From contig MU058540.1 in NCBI GenBank assembly GCA_013265495.1, forward strand, positions 2,629,696-2,693,695: a stretch of 64,000 bases of DNA. The letters are read 5' to 3'. Below are positions 26,376-39,562 of this stretch, piece by piece. The DNA is from Vicugna vicugna (taxonomy: Eukaryota). Positions within the stretch are counted from its first letter, which is position 1; every line of letters starts with the position of its first letter. A model generated the notes under the pieces. That model searched no databases, was not told where the DNA came from, and saw nothing but the letters and a program-made list of their open reading frames with translations. The position numbers were made by a program, and so were the translations under genes.

Positions 26376-27454
26376 GTCTGTTTAGAGAATTATATGCCAG
26401 GTAATCTGAATGTTCCGTTGCCTTTACTGTTGAATGCCTTGTGTGTTGGGACTCATACTGCATCCTTCATCCTGTGCCTGCTTACCTAGCCTACCTTCCA
26501 CCTGTTCCTTGGAACCATGCTTGCTGTTGAGTATCCTAAGAAACAAGCACACCATACCTTTGCATTAAGTCGTGTTGGATTTAAAGCTACCAGGATTATT
26601 CTGTCATCCTATTGAATAATCTACTTGAGAAGCTATTTCTTATATTTAACCTAAATTCCTAATTTGTCTGGTATTTCTAATGTTTCTCCTTTAATCTAGA
26701 TGGAAAAATATCAAAATCTCTTTAGTAATATATATGTATTAGTTATAGATGTAGTAATATATAATTTTCTTAAACTTTAAAAAATTTCTCTTAAACTGTT
26801 TTAAGCTTTTAAAAAAAATCCAGCATTTTCTTGAAGAGTTCTGTTTTTAGAGCTACATTTTCCTTTTTTCTTGTTTTAAGAGTAATAATACATTCATTTT
26901 ACAGACTTTGGAATATTCAATAAAAAGTTTTTTTTAAAAAAGATCACATATGAGCCTGTAATTAAGGGAGAATAATTATTAATATTTTCAGTCTTTTTTC
27001 TATGACTATATTGTTTTAGCCTGCTTTTTTTAAACCTAGTTTAGCAGTACTCTTTCTTGCTATTTCAATTATTCTAAAACATTTTTTTAGTCTTTTAACG
27101 TAGTGAATTACATTAATTGATCTTAGAATGTTAAGCTAATCTTTGTCCTAATGTAGTATCCTTTTTAATGTATCTGAATTTGATTTTTTTTAATAATTTG
27201 TTTAGGACTTTTAGTTTATGCTCATGAGAAAAAGTGGCCTGTAATCCTTTTTGGTAATGACTATGTCAAGTTTTGGGTCAGTGTTATGCTGGTCTTATGT
27301 AATTTGGATATATTCCCTCTTTTTCTCTTCTCTGGAAGAGGCTGCATAAGATTGATGTAATTTCTTTCTTAAAAGTGTGGAAGGATTTGCTGGTCAAGTC
27401 ATTTGGTCAGGGAATCTTCCTTAAGGAAAGGTTTTAATTATGGATTATGTTTCT

Positions 27455-27863
27455 GTGTAGAATTTACGTATCATCAGAATAATGTAGATCATCTGTCTAT
27501 TTGTGGTTAAACACACACACATACATTAAGATACTTGTTGCAGGGAGTTGGCACATAGGATCGTGGAGACTGGACTAGGCCAGCAGGAAGGGCAGGCTGG
27601 GACTCTTGGGCAGGAGTCGAAGCTGCATTCCACAGTCAGATTTCTTCCTCCTCAGAGAAACTTCATTTCTGCTCTTAAAGCCTTTCAATTGAGTGGATCA
27701 GTTCTACCCAGATTATCTAGGATAATCTCCCGTCCTTAAACTAAAATGATTATAACTTTAATCACATCTACCGAATACTTTCACAGTAACACCTGGCTTA
27801 GTGTTTGGTTGGATAACCAGGACAGTAGCCTTGCCAGGTTGACATATGAAACTGACCATCACA
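27455..27863. mobile_element. MLT2-type (ERVL) LTR
   Basis: Characteristic end tagccttgccaggttgacatatgaaactgaccatcaca. Confidence 0.75.
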
Positions 27864-30577
27864 GCTTCTCTGAAGATTCAGTCTTTTGAGTCTTGGCTAC
27901 CTTACTAGTTGTCTAATGCCTTCAAACAGATTTTTTTCCTGTTTCACCTGTCCCATTCAGATGGATGAATTATTCCAGGGGACAGGACTTAACCAGTGCA
28001 TGGAAGTCATGGTGGGTGCAGGGAAGGAAGGCAGACTTCAGCTCAGCACAAGAAAAAAAATTTTCCCCCAGGAATTGCTGTCCGATTGCTGTCCATTGCT
28101 CCTACGGTGAGCTAAGCAGGAGACTATTTTGGGATATTTTTAGGTAGACTGGACTGAACTGGTAGAAATGTTTTTCTAGTCCTAGAAGGTGACTGGGTTC
28201 CAGATTTGTTTTTTGAAATTTATGATTATAAAATTTTGGGGCATTGGGAACCCATCATAAAGTTACCAGCATTTTAGGACATTAAAAAAAAATTCTGGCT
28301 ATCATTTTCTGTCACCATTTTTTTATAAAAGAAAAGACATTTAACATCAAAAAAGCAGTAAAGATACAATTTAAGTACCAAGAAAGCATTATACTAACAT
28401 CTATCATAATTCTTCAGTTCACCTTTTTAATATTTTTGAAATAGGATGTATCTTAAAATCACGTATACATTTAATATGATAGTGCTACTTATTCCTAAAA
28501 TGCTGTTATTAGATTGATGATGTCTTAGTCAATGTCAGATGTCTTAGAACTGTGATAATAGTGTGTGTGCTGCATTATTTATATTGTCCTCATTTTTGCT
28601 AAGAATCAGTGAAAACTTTTGACACAAATTGATGGTCCTTGAACCATCTTCTGATACAGTGATTTTGGATTGTCTGCAGAATTTTCGATGTGTGCTCTTT
28701 TGCCTCAGTACTTGAAGCCTGGCTCCACTGTTTATTAGCTATGTGACTGTGGGAACTTCCCTTAACCTCTTCCTCAGCTTCCTCATCTATAAATGGGGCT
28801 AAAATACCACCTACTTCATGAAGTTTTTTCTGAGTATTAAGTAACATTTATAAAATACTTAGAATAGGATGTAGTGCACGATATATGTTAAATCACTAAA
28901 GTTTAAGTTAAGATGGGATGTTTGTGGTCATTTGACATATTGAAGAATCTCAACTGATTAATTTGTAATTCTAATGTAAACTGTGTTCTTGAGTAATTAT
29001 GTTTTGGTTTGATTATTGGTTTAAGGATGTAAGAAAACTTTGTTGTTTGAGAGTGTTACAGTATTTAAGAACTTCTTGAGATATACCAGATTTACGAGTT
29101 TAATTCTTTAGGATTTACTAGAGTTTTGTTTTGAGTACTTAAAGATTGCTTGGTAGACAATTCAAGTGCTAAAATAAGAAATATATTAAGATTATAAGTA
29201 TAGTTTAAAATGTTTGATGGAAATATCAAACTTAGGATGGTAATAGATTCAACTATATTGTCTTGTTTTATATTTTAAACTAAGTAGTGAGTAAAAGAGT
29301 TATTGTTCTTTTTGTTTAATAATTTTTTAAATTAGGTAATTTGATTGATAAAGTTGTAAAGGAAACTGTTTAAGGGTCTTTAGACAGTGATAAATTGAAT
29401 GGAAAATCTTAAGTCTTAATTTAAATCCAAGTCACCATAATGTAGTCTTTTCTGTGGTGTTCTTGGACATAAGTTATATTGACGAAAAGATACTAACAGC
29501 AGTAAGTTAGGAGTGTCATGTGGAGAAGACAGGAACATATATCCGAGCAATTACAATCTTATCACTACTGTCCTTGTGCTTTTATCTGCCAGCCTATAAA
29601 CCTGGCCTTAGCAATTCATAGAGAAGGAAGGAGGAGGGATGTGGAATCAGAGGCATTTCAGCTTTTCCATGGAATTGGAATGCCCTCTTCTCTCTTGCAT
29701 CTCTTGTTAAGGCTTTCTTTCAAAGTAGAAATAAGGAAGAGAAGTGGTTCTGACAACGTATATCTTCAAATGTTATGCTTTGCCCAACTTACGTAGTTTT
29801 TTGCCTTAAGTTCTATTTTGTAGCCTATCAGTATAGTTTCACCAAGCTCTTTTTTGGGTATTTGCCTCTTTTTTCCATCCTTTGCCCATTTTTCTGCTGG
29901 GTTAGTTTCATGCATTTTCAGTAAGCCTTCAGTGAGTATTATGATCATAAATCTTTGTAGCCTGTTGCAAATACAAATTTTCAAGTTTGTTTTTCTTTAT
30001 AGGATCCTTTGCCATAAAAAATTTGAAAGTCTTTTTATAGTCAGATTTGCCTTTCTCTTTTTTAGCTTTTGAGGTTTTGGTCTTGATTAAAAAGGCCTCC
30101 CTACTCTAAGATTATAATCTGGTAGAATATTCTAAAAAAGAATATTGTTATGATTCAATCTCTCATTCATGAAATGAAAGGGTATACTAGATCAGTTGTT
30201 CCCAAACATAGCCAGTCCACAGGATCAGCTAAGGAGTTTTTTAAAAATTCACATTCTTGGATCCCACTCTTGATCTACTAAATCAGAGTCTCTGCGGAAT
30301 GGGGCCCAAGAATATGTTTTTAACAAGTTTGATTCTCATTTTCAGCTACATTTGAGAACCACAGGACAAAATAATCACTAAGGTCTCTTCTGATTCTAAA
30401 ATATCAATTTTTCTGTATTATATAACTCTTGTGTTTTACATTCTCAAACACTAGATTGTAAGTTCTTTTTAACTCTTTATTGTTAGTATTATTGATGTTA
30501 TAATTTTAAAACTAGTTTATGGAGCAAGATTTTCAATATGAGGGAAAAGATACAGTACTAATATAAAATACCTAGAT

Positions 30578-30676
30578 GGGTGGGAATAGCTCATTGGTAG
30601 AGTCCATGCTTAGCATGCACAAGGTCCTGGGTTCAACCCCCAGTACCTCCATTTAAAAAAAAAAAGAAAAAATAAA
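30578..30676 (+). mobile_element. tRNA-derived SINE (camelid Vic-1-like)
   Basis: A box (tagctcattggtag), B box (gggttcaaccc) and A-rich tail. Confidence 0.85.
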
Positions 30677-31489
30677 AACCATAGTGTTGAATTTGAGTTG
30701 AAATTAGCTACATAAACTCATGAATGTTTAAAAAAAAATCCCCAACTTTGCCTACTGAAGTGACCTAAGCAATGACACCCCAGTAGCTATGAAGAACCCT
30801 AGTGCTCAGATCCTAAGCGCCTTTGTCCACTTAAAGGAACAGAGTTTCCAGGGAGAAATGGCTGATTCCAGGTCTAGGGCAGAGATGGTGAAAGGTGAGC
30901 TTGGAAAAATCTTGTACAGGAAGTAGCCTCAAAAGCCAATAGAATTGTGTTTAAATGACACAGATGAAGAGTTGAAGGGAACCCCATGAGCCACATTTGG
31001 GACAATTTGAAAAAAGTGATGGTAATGGATTGTAATACACTAGGTTAAAACAAATCTTCGAGTTCATAATGATATTTAAAAAGGAAAACAACGGGGGAGT
31101 GAAGTATTTCTACTTCACTGAAGAATGCTAGACAATAAATGTAGGAGGAATGATAAAATTAGAAAGTCATTTTTGTGATTGCAAATGTAATAATTGATTC
31201 AGGCAAGAATCATTAATAGATGCTGAAACCACTGGGTGAAAAGTTCTTAAGAGATAGGGTATTCTATCTCTCTTTACAGTGAGAGACCTATAGTCACCAC
31301 TTTAACCAAGTTATCAAACTTATCCCCTATATTGGAGTAACCTGGGGTTGTGTCTGTGATGTGATGGCAATTGGAAGCACACAGCTACCATCTGTATATA
31401 TACATATTCTTGTTTAAGGAAATTTAACTTGTGTCTAATCACGTGGAAACAGACAAACCCAGGATGTTAAAACTGCGCCTAGACTTTAT

Positions 31490-32505
31490 TTTTTTTTTAA
31501 TTTGTATTTACTTTTATTTTACTTTTTATTGAAGTTTAGTTGATTTGCAATATTGTTAGTTTCAGGTGTACAGCAAAGTGATTCAGTTATATATATATGT
31601 TTCAGATTATTTTCCATTACAGATTATTACAAGATACTGAATATAGTTGTCTGTGCTATACAGTATAAACTTGTTTATCTATTTTATATGTAGTAGTATC
31701 TGCAAACATCAAACTCCCATTTTATCCCTTCCCACCCCCATTCCCCCTTGGTAACCATGAGTTTTTATGTCTGAGTCTCTCTGTTTTGTAAATAAGTTCA
31801 TTTGTGTCTTTTTTTTTTTTAAGATTCCACATATCAGTAATATCATATGGTATTTTTCTTTCTCTTTCTGGCTTACTTCACTTAGAATGACAGTCTCCAG
31901 GTCCATCCATGTTGCTGCAAATGGCATTATTTTATTCTTTTTTATGGCTGAGTAGTATTCCATTGTATAAATATACTATGACTTCTTTATGCTATGAACA
32001 TTGAAGTATATGCATCTTTTTGAATTAAGAGTTCCCTTTTGATACATGCCAAGGAGTGGGATTGCTGAATCATATGGTAAATCTATTTTTAATTTTTTGA
32101 GCAATCTCTATACTGTCTTCCATAATGGCTGCACCAAACTACATTCCCACGAGTAGTGTAGGAGGGTTCCCTTTTCTCCACACCCTCTCCAGCATTTATT
32201 CTTTGTGGACTTTTGAATGATGGCCATTCTGACTGGTGTGATACCTCATTAACCTCATTGTTGATTTGCAATTTGCATTTCTCTGATAATTAGTGATATT
32301 GAGCATTTTTTCATGTGCCTATTGGCCATTTATGTGTCTTCACTGGAGAACCCATTTTTGGATTGGGTTTTTTATTGTTGTTGTTGTTAAGTTGTATGAG
32401 CTGTTTACAGATTTTGGAAATTAAGTCCTTGTCATTTGCATCATTTGCAAATATTTTCTCCCATTCCGTAGGTTGTCTTTATGTTTTGATGATGGTTTCC
32501 TTTTT
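31490..32505 (-). mobile_element. L1 3' end (ORF2 C-terminus and 3'UTR)
   Basis: Translates MEYYSAIKKNKIMPFAATWMDLETVILSEVSQ; T-rich tail at the left end. Confidence 0.92.
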
Positions 32506-32807
32506 AGATCTATACTGTGCTGTATGCCAAAATAAATTCCATATGGTTTAAAGATTAAATGTAAAATTAAAAAAACACTGAAATCAATTGAGTAAAATTT
32601 GGTACAACCATACAATAAAATATTGTGTACCTTGGAGATGGTGTAAGAGTATGATTAATGACATACAGCCAAGTTCATAGTATGTTGAGAATACAGTACA
32701 GTAGTATTTACAGCAGAATTTCAAAATTGTAAAAATGAAAACTAAAAGGAATAATATATTTATCTATGCTTAGAAAAGTTTGGAAGAAGAATTACAGGTG
32801 TTTTTTG

Positions 32808-32933
32808 GTTTTTTTTTTTAACCTTTTTTTGTGGGGGGAATTAGGTTTTTATTTTAATGGAGGTACTGGGGATTGAACCCAGGACTTTGTGCATGCTACG
32901 CACGGACACTACTACTGAGCTATGTTCTCCCCC
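32808..32933 (-). mobile_element. tRNA-derived SINE (camelid Vic-1-like)
   Basis: Reverse-complement relative of the 30578 SINE; diverged TSD aattacaggtg / aattatgggtg. Confidence 0.85.
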
Positions 32934-35900
32934 AAATTATGGGTGATTTTTATCTTTTTGGTATTTTCTATCAGGAATAATGAACATACACTACCCTAGT
33001 GCAGAATTATTGTTTCTTTCTTTCTCCTTCCTTCCTTCCTTTCTTTCTTTTCTGCTGGAGTGAAAGAGCTAAAGGAAAGACAGCTTGGCAGGAGAGGGGG
33101 AAGGTATGGTTTGTTCCTGAGGGAAAAATGAAAAGGCACAGGTCAGATGCAAGTAAAGAGTTAGACAGTTGAGGCAAAAAATAATGTAAAGAATTCCAAA
33201 AGCAGTACAGTGTGTCATTTCAGTGAATCAAAAAGAGAAAGGTAGTATAATCTTGTTTATCTGTTCTACATATGCCTGTCAGTATCAACAAACTACGAAC
33301 TCCCAGTCTGTCTTTTCCCACCCCATGACTTTTCAAATGATCACATTAAGCTGAGCTGTCATATTTCATTTATCCAAATAGCAAAGATAAGAAAGATTGA
33401 AACACTGAATGTTAGCAAGAGTTCTGGAGAATGGATGCTCCATGCTGCCAGAAGGAGTGTATATTGGTATATTTATAGGGGACCGTCTGGCAGTACATTT
33501 CAAAATTTAATTATCTTTTTCCATAACAATTTTACTTCTGGGAGTTTATTCCAAGGACATAATGGAGTAGATGCCCACAGAGGTGTGCAAAGATTTTACC
33601 ATAACTTTTTTGATTTTTGAAGTATTTGTATCTTTCTGTATTGACTGAAATTTTTTTTCATTGAGTATATATTGCTTTTATAAGCAGTAAAACACCAATG
33701 TTATTTTTATTTATGGAAAAATATAACCACTCTATCACAAGATCCTTTTTTCATTGAAGTACAGTCGATTACAATGTGTCAGTAGTCTCTCATTACAACC
33801 ATAACTCCTGTTTGATAAGAACTGCAGCAGCAGTGACCCTGGAAACTGCTGGTTTTCTCTTTGATTTCTGACAAGCAATAGAAGGAAAAACTTCTAGAAT
33901 CAGTAATAGATGAAAGGCTAGATGATTTGGGGGAAGCATTGTGATTGGATGAAAAGAATATGGGAATCAAAGGACCTAGACTTGGAGTCTGTCTTTGCCT
34001 CCTGGCTAGAATTGTGATTAGGGCAAGTTGCTAACCTTTCTAAAATTTAGTTTTGTTTTTCAGCAGTGAAATGAGGATAATTACAGTCTCTCTCCTGGGG
34101 TTGCTCCAGTATCAAATGAGATTAGATTTGTAAAAGTGCTTTGCAGATCTGTGGTTTGGGAATAGCGATAGTTAACACTGATCGAGTGCTATGTGCCGTG
34201 CGTTGTACTAAGCACCTCAAGTGTATTGTCGCATTTATTCCTTACATCAGCTCTGTGGTTAGTAGTTACTACCCTCTCTTACAAGTGAGGAAGTTGAGGC
34301 ACAGCCTTAGGAACCTGCCCAGGGCCACAGTTACAGGAGGCAGAGCCATAATGGAAAATCATACTTGGGGAGAAATGTAGCAAGAGTCCTCTAAGAAGCA
34401 TTCATCTCATCGGTCTGCCAGAGTTCTCTGAGGAAGACGGCAAGTGTGGCGGAAAGGAGAACCCAGTGGAAATAACTTACTAACAGAGGTCTCTTATTGG
34501 CTAAATTATTACGGGTTTGGGGACATATGGGAGGAAAACTATGAGATTTAGAAATGTTATGAATAGATTTTATATGGTCTTCATACTGGAATAGTCTCAC
34601 TCAATATTTTTAGAAATAAACTGGAAAAAGGAAAACCAGAAAGCCTTAAACAGTCAAAAAACAATTTCTTCTGAGATGGGAACATTAGGGGCATGTTTGC
34701 AAAGGCCATGAATAGAACCACTGTGGAAACACTTTACTGGAATTTGTTTTAAAAAATATATGCCCACAGTATAGTTTGAAGATGGCAGCCTCTGTGACAC
34801 TATCAGTTAATAATATCCTAGAAGGTGATCTTGTAGAAATTTTAGATTGTATCTGTCACCTCTGTTGTCTCTCCCCTCATCTTCACCCCTTTTAAACCTA
34901 TTCCCAGAGATCCTAGGTATCACTAGAGAGCATAGGTAAAGCAAAACTGGAAAACCTGTTCACCTTTAATAGAACACATTAGCAGAGTTCTTGTTACTGT
35001 GCATTAAGAGAAAGTATAGTGGAACTAGACCATAGTCAATGATAGGCAGTTAAACTAGTTAAATGTAGTGGTTTTCACATAAGAACAGAAGGAAAGGACT
35101 AGGATTTGTCAGTCTGGAATGAAAGTTTGACAAAAGATGTAGTTTAAGTTTGGAGTATAGACGGAGAGTAGTTGTCTCATTTACCAAATTCTGTGGCATC
35201 CTACCTCATTTTCACCACTCAGCTTTTACACAGAGGAGACATGGCTCTGAAGTATAAAAGGATACTGCCTTTTAAAAATTCATACACTTGTATCATTAAC
35301 AGTCTGAAAGCATTATGCTTTTGAGATACATCCATGTTAAGTTTGATTGCCCCCAACCCCATTCCAACTAGATTTTCAAAATCTAAATAGTTCTTTGGCA
35401 AGATACTGAATTAATTACATAGATCACATTTCCATTATCTTATTTTCTTCATAAATAATTGATTAGAGGAAATTGTAAGTAAAAGGAGGTCATTTTGAAT
35501 TAATACTTCATTATGTTCTAGAGAGAAACCAGTGTATCCTTTTTAAGATGCAAAGAATATGTGGAGAAAATTCCACTATCAAAGATTATATGCAGGTTTT
35601 CCAAGGTGAATAGATTGCGATGCTAAATGGTTTTGCTGTTTCAGGTCAGTAAAATCAAGACTTAAAATAGGGGCCCTCACGGGAGGCCTATGAAATAAAT
35701 AACAAAACATATTTGTGTAGCTCGTAGAGAGTTTAAAGATGCTTTCATGTACTGCGTGGAAGTGATGCTTGAGTGGGCTTGCTGGACGTTCAGTTCTTTG
35801 CTTCACAGCTGTATAGTCTGAGTTCCACTATTAATATATTGCTAACTCCTAGTTCTTCTCTGAAGCAGTCTCTTCAGTTACTATTAGGTGTACCAGGGGT

Positions 35901-38697
35901 GTCATGGTCCTTTTGTTCTTGAAGTCGTATGCTGCTGTGACTTTTAGAATGGTGTTGGCCACAAATAGTTTTGTAGCAATAGAGAACTATATTGTTGAAG
36001 TGCTTTGCTTATTTCTTTTTTTTTTCTTAGATCTGTTCTGAGGACCAGGATTCATTTGGGGGATGGTTACAGAATGGAGCCATGGTAGGCAATGAAAATA
36101 TACATTCAAAGTTGCATGAACCATCCATCCTGGAAGAGGAGCAGGCCCCTATGTGTAGACTGGTTGCTCTGGTGTGTGTTGAAGAATTTGGTGTCAGTTT
36201 ATGTCTTAGATTTCATAGGTCAAGAGTTTTGATCTATCATTCTAGAATTACAGAGGAATTAGTTTATAGGGGACTTTGGGAAATGTTGGATTAGGTGATT
36301 TCTTAAAGTGTGTGCCATTAAGCATTAATCCTGAGACGATTACTTGAAAGGAGTTCTTAAGCCAAATTCATTTGGGAAAACTGCAAATTGGGTCCTCTCA
36401 TGGAATTTCATAGTACGCTCTGATCTTATCCATTGAAGCATTGTTTGTAATAGTTAAGTCAGAAACAACTTAAAAATTAATAGATAGGAGGGTAGAATCA
36501 TAAAATACTATACAGCAGTTAAGAAGGAATGAACTACATAGATATGTCTTCCAACATGGATGGATTTTAAGGATGCTTAGAAAAACATGTTACAGAATGA
36601 GAATGATATATAGTTTGTATATTTTTTAAAACTACACTTTTATACTAATAAAGCATTTTTATAAAGTCCAGAAGGATTCATACCAAGCAAGTCGTGATCC
36701 AGTTACTTGGAGAGGTACTTGAGGACGATGAACAGTGTCCTTTTTTGCCTTCTCTATAAGATTTGAATTTTTTAGAAGGGAAATATTCATGTATTATTTG
36801 TAATACCAACTAAATACAGATAAAATGCTCACTCAGTGCTTAGCAGGTTACTTTCTTTTTCTCATTGGAGAGATCTACCCTGCTAAGTTCCAAGTCTATC
36901 TTTATATTTATTAATTCATTATATACAAGTAAAACTGAGTTTCAGCCATGGTATTATAGACTAGGAAGAAAATGTTTTCATTATATTCTATTATAATGAA
37001 ACTTTTTCACACATTGTAAGAAATAAATGAAATAACATACAGTAAATAGTCTGTGCAGATTCCTTAGCAAATCACCTTATTTAAGTTTATTTTGTTTTGG
37101 TTCAAGAGATCTTTTGGAGAGAAACAAAGAGGAGTTTGAACTTGGTTCCTGAGCAGCTACGAAAGAGCTGAGAAGCAGCATAGGTAGACAGAGTGACACA
37201 GTTCAAAATCAGTGAGGCTTAAAGAAGCAGACCCCCTTTTGGTCTTTCCAGTGTCGATAACGCTTTTCTGGGTTTCATGGATCTTCTTTACCTTATTCTC
37301 CAGGCTTGATTTAACATCTGAATCAAACTTGAAGGCAGTGGTGGTTCTATTTGACTGTATTAGTTGTTGAGCATTAATTTTAAGAGGCAGCATTTTTTGT
37401 GTGTAAATGTTTTTCTTTAAGAAAGGGAAATCTGAGAAAGCTATAGCTACATAGCAGATTTTCCCACAGAAAATAAGATTTCACTTTATTTCCTCAACTT
37501 GCCTTACATTGTAAGAGCCATTGTCTGAAAATTAAAGATTTCATCAACTGTGAAAGTATCGCTTCTTTAAAATTGTTTGTTTTCAGGCATATGTATTGGC
37601 TTATTTTTTTCAAAGGGGTCATTTTTATATTTCATGCAAGTTAAAACAAGGAGTAACTGATCAATAAACTTTATGCTCAAAAATGTATAAATACAGGTTA
37701 TGAAGTGATTCAGAATGCACATTACAAGTGTTTATTGGCACCTCTCCATTCGTGCATGTCAGGAAATTCAGAGTATTAAAACATGTTCCTGATCTTAAAT
37801 GACATAACTTACTAAAATGGTTTTATCATGCAGTTGTTATGCATAAAAATTGATAGTGATATGATTCTTGTACCAGAACACCAAGTGGAACTCAGTATAG
37901 TATAAGCTGTGGAAGTGCTAAGCGAGGTAAACCTCAGGCCTGTGTCCAGCAGGTGGGCAGCCCCATGGGTGGGAGGGCCACAGGGCGCGATTACCTAAAA
38001 GAAAGGTGCAAATGCCTCGCACGTGGCAGTCACTCAGGAGGTGGTGTTCACCATGGTTGTGCACTTCTGGGGCAGAGTTAGCCAGTGACATCTTAGTGTA
38101 ATTTTGAGGTGGGAATTGAGGGTTGAGCATAAGGTACAGAAAGTGAAAGAGAGAACTTACAGAGGAGAGCTGGAGCACTGTAAGTCAAATTTAGCTTTTG
38201 TGTGTGTGTGCAGGTAACTTCTAATTTCACCTCTCGTACTAGCATTATAGTTGTTATTTTCATTTCCTACTGCTTATTTGTTGCAGGAAGGTATGTGTCT
38301 CAATTTCTTAAAATATAAGGGCTGATCTTCTTTGATTGACTCTGCCTCCTTTGTGTCTCTGGTATAAACACCAGGTTATTATACCACCATTTAGTATGCA
38401 GAATCGAGCATGAATGTGGCCAAATCCATCAGTGGATTTGATATCTATTTATGAAGAAAGCTTAAAATTATTCCTTAGTAACAAGTTTATCAACATTCTT
38501 AGTGGTTTGGTAAAGATCATTTAAATCAGCCCAATTCCTCAATATAAAATCACAGAAATGTTTAAGATGTCATCTCTTCTCAGAATGAGAGCTGTCTCTC
38601 AGTTCTCTAGTTCAGGAAGAATTCTAAATCATGCATATTTCTGTCTTCCAGGGTTACTTTCTGATCAAGCAGACAGTTCAGGATACACAGGCCAAGG

Positions 38698-38857
38698 ATG
38701 AATCTTCACCGTGGCAGTGAGAGCGACAGGTTATTGTGGCAGGAGGCCAGCTGCCTAACGGATGAAGCCTCAGCTGCAGCCCAAGAAAAAGAAGCAAATA
38801 GCCTGGCTTCCTCTGGTCTTCAAAATCATACTTACCCTCTGGGTCCCAGAAATGATG
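38698..38857 (+). CDS. KCTD20: KCTD20 first coding exon (whole exon 38652-38857)
   Basis: Acceptor tcttccag| at 38651; in-frame upstream TGA at 38662; ATG at 38698. MNLHRGSESDRLLWQEASCLTDEASAAAQEKEANSLASSGLQNHTYPLGPRND; donor G|gtacga. Confidence 0.93.
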
Positions 38858-39358
38858 GTACGATGATCAGATCTTGACTTTATCTGGAGGTTTTCTGACA
38901 CCTGAGTGCCTAGTCTACTCAGAAGGCATAAATGCTCTTAATCTCAATAAAAATAACCAATTAATTGGCTCAGCATACATATCACAGTTATATAAAGCTG
39001 ACTATCCCCGAAAATCTCCAGTTAGTCTAGACATCTAACTTGGCGATAATGATGTAAGAAAAATAGTCTTGGGTTTGGAGTCAGAAGACAGATTCACATT
39101 CTAGCCCTGCTTCTTATCAGCTGTAACCATGGATGAGATCCTTAATGTTTCTGAGTCCTGCTTTCTTACTCTATAAAACAAGAATATTAATATTATTCTT
39201 AACTCACAAGGCTAGAAGATTGAGTTCATGGATGTGAAGGCTCTTGATAAATTGTTAGGTTCTTTTAAACTTTTACTAAAAACAATAGCAACAATGATAA
39301 CAGCAGGTGCCACGTATGAACACTCACTGTGCTGGAAACTTTACATACATTTTTTAGA

Positions 39359-39562
39359 TCAAGGGTGGCAAACTATGATCATATCTGAACCGCTGCCTGG
39401 TGTTGTAAATAAAAATTTGAAGCACGGCCAGCACGCCCTTTTGTTTACGTGCTGTCTGTGGCTGCCTTAGTAGCACAGACTGCTATAGTAGCAGAGACTA
39501 TGACCCACAAAGCCCAAAATATGTTCCTTTTAGCTCTTCACAGAATGTTTGCTGATCCCTAC
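39359..39562. mobile_element. MER58A-like hAT element nested in a MIR
   Basis: Terminal inverted repeats caagggtggcaaac...gtttgctgatccct. Confidence 0.8.

Noticed and set aside
30578..30655. tRNA-like sequence
   Set aside because: A-tail, degenerate stems and a second copy at 32.8 kb show it is a SINE, not a tRNA gene.
31709..31963. 84-aa ORF MEYYSAIKK...
   Set aside because: L1 ORF2 C-terminal remnant, not a host gene.
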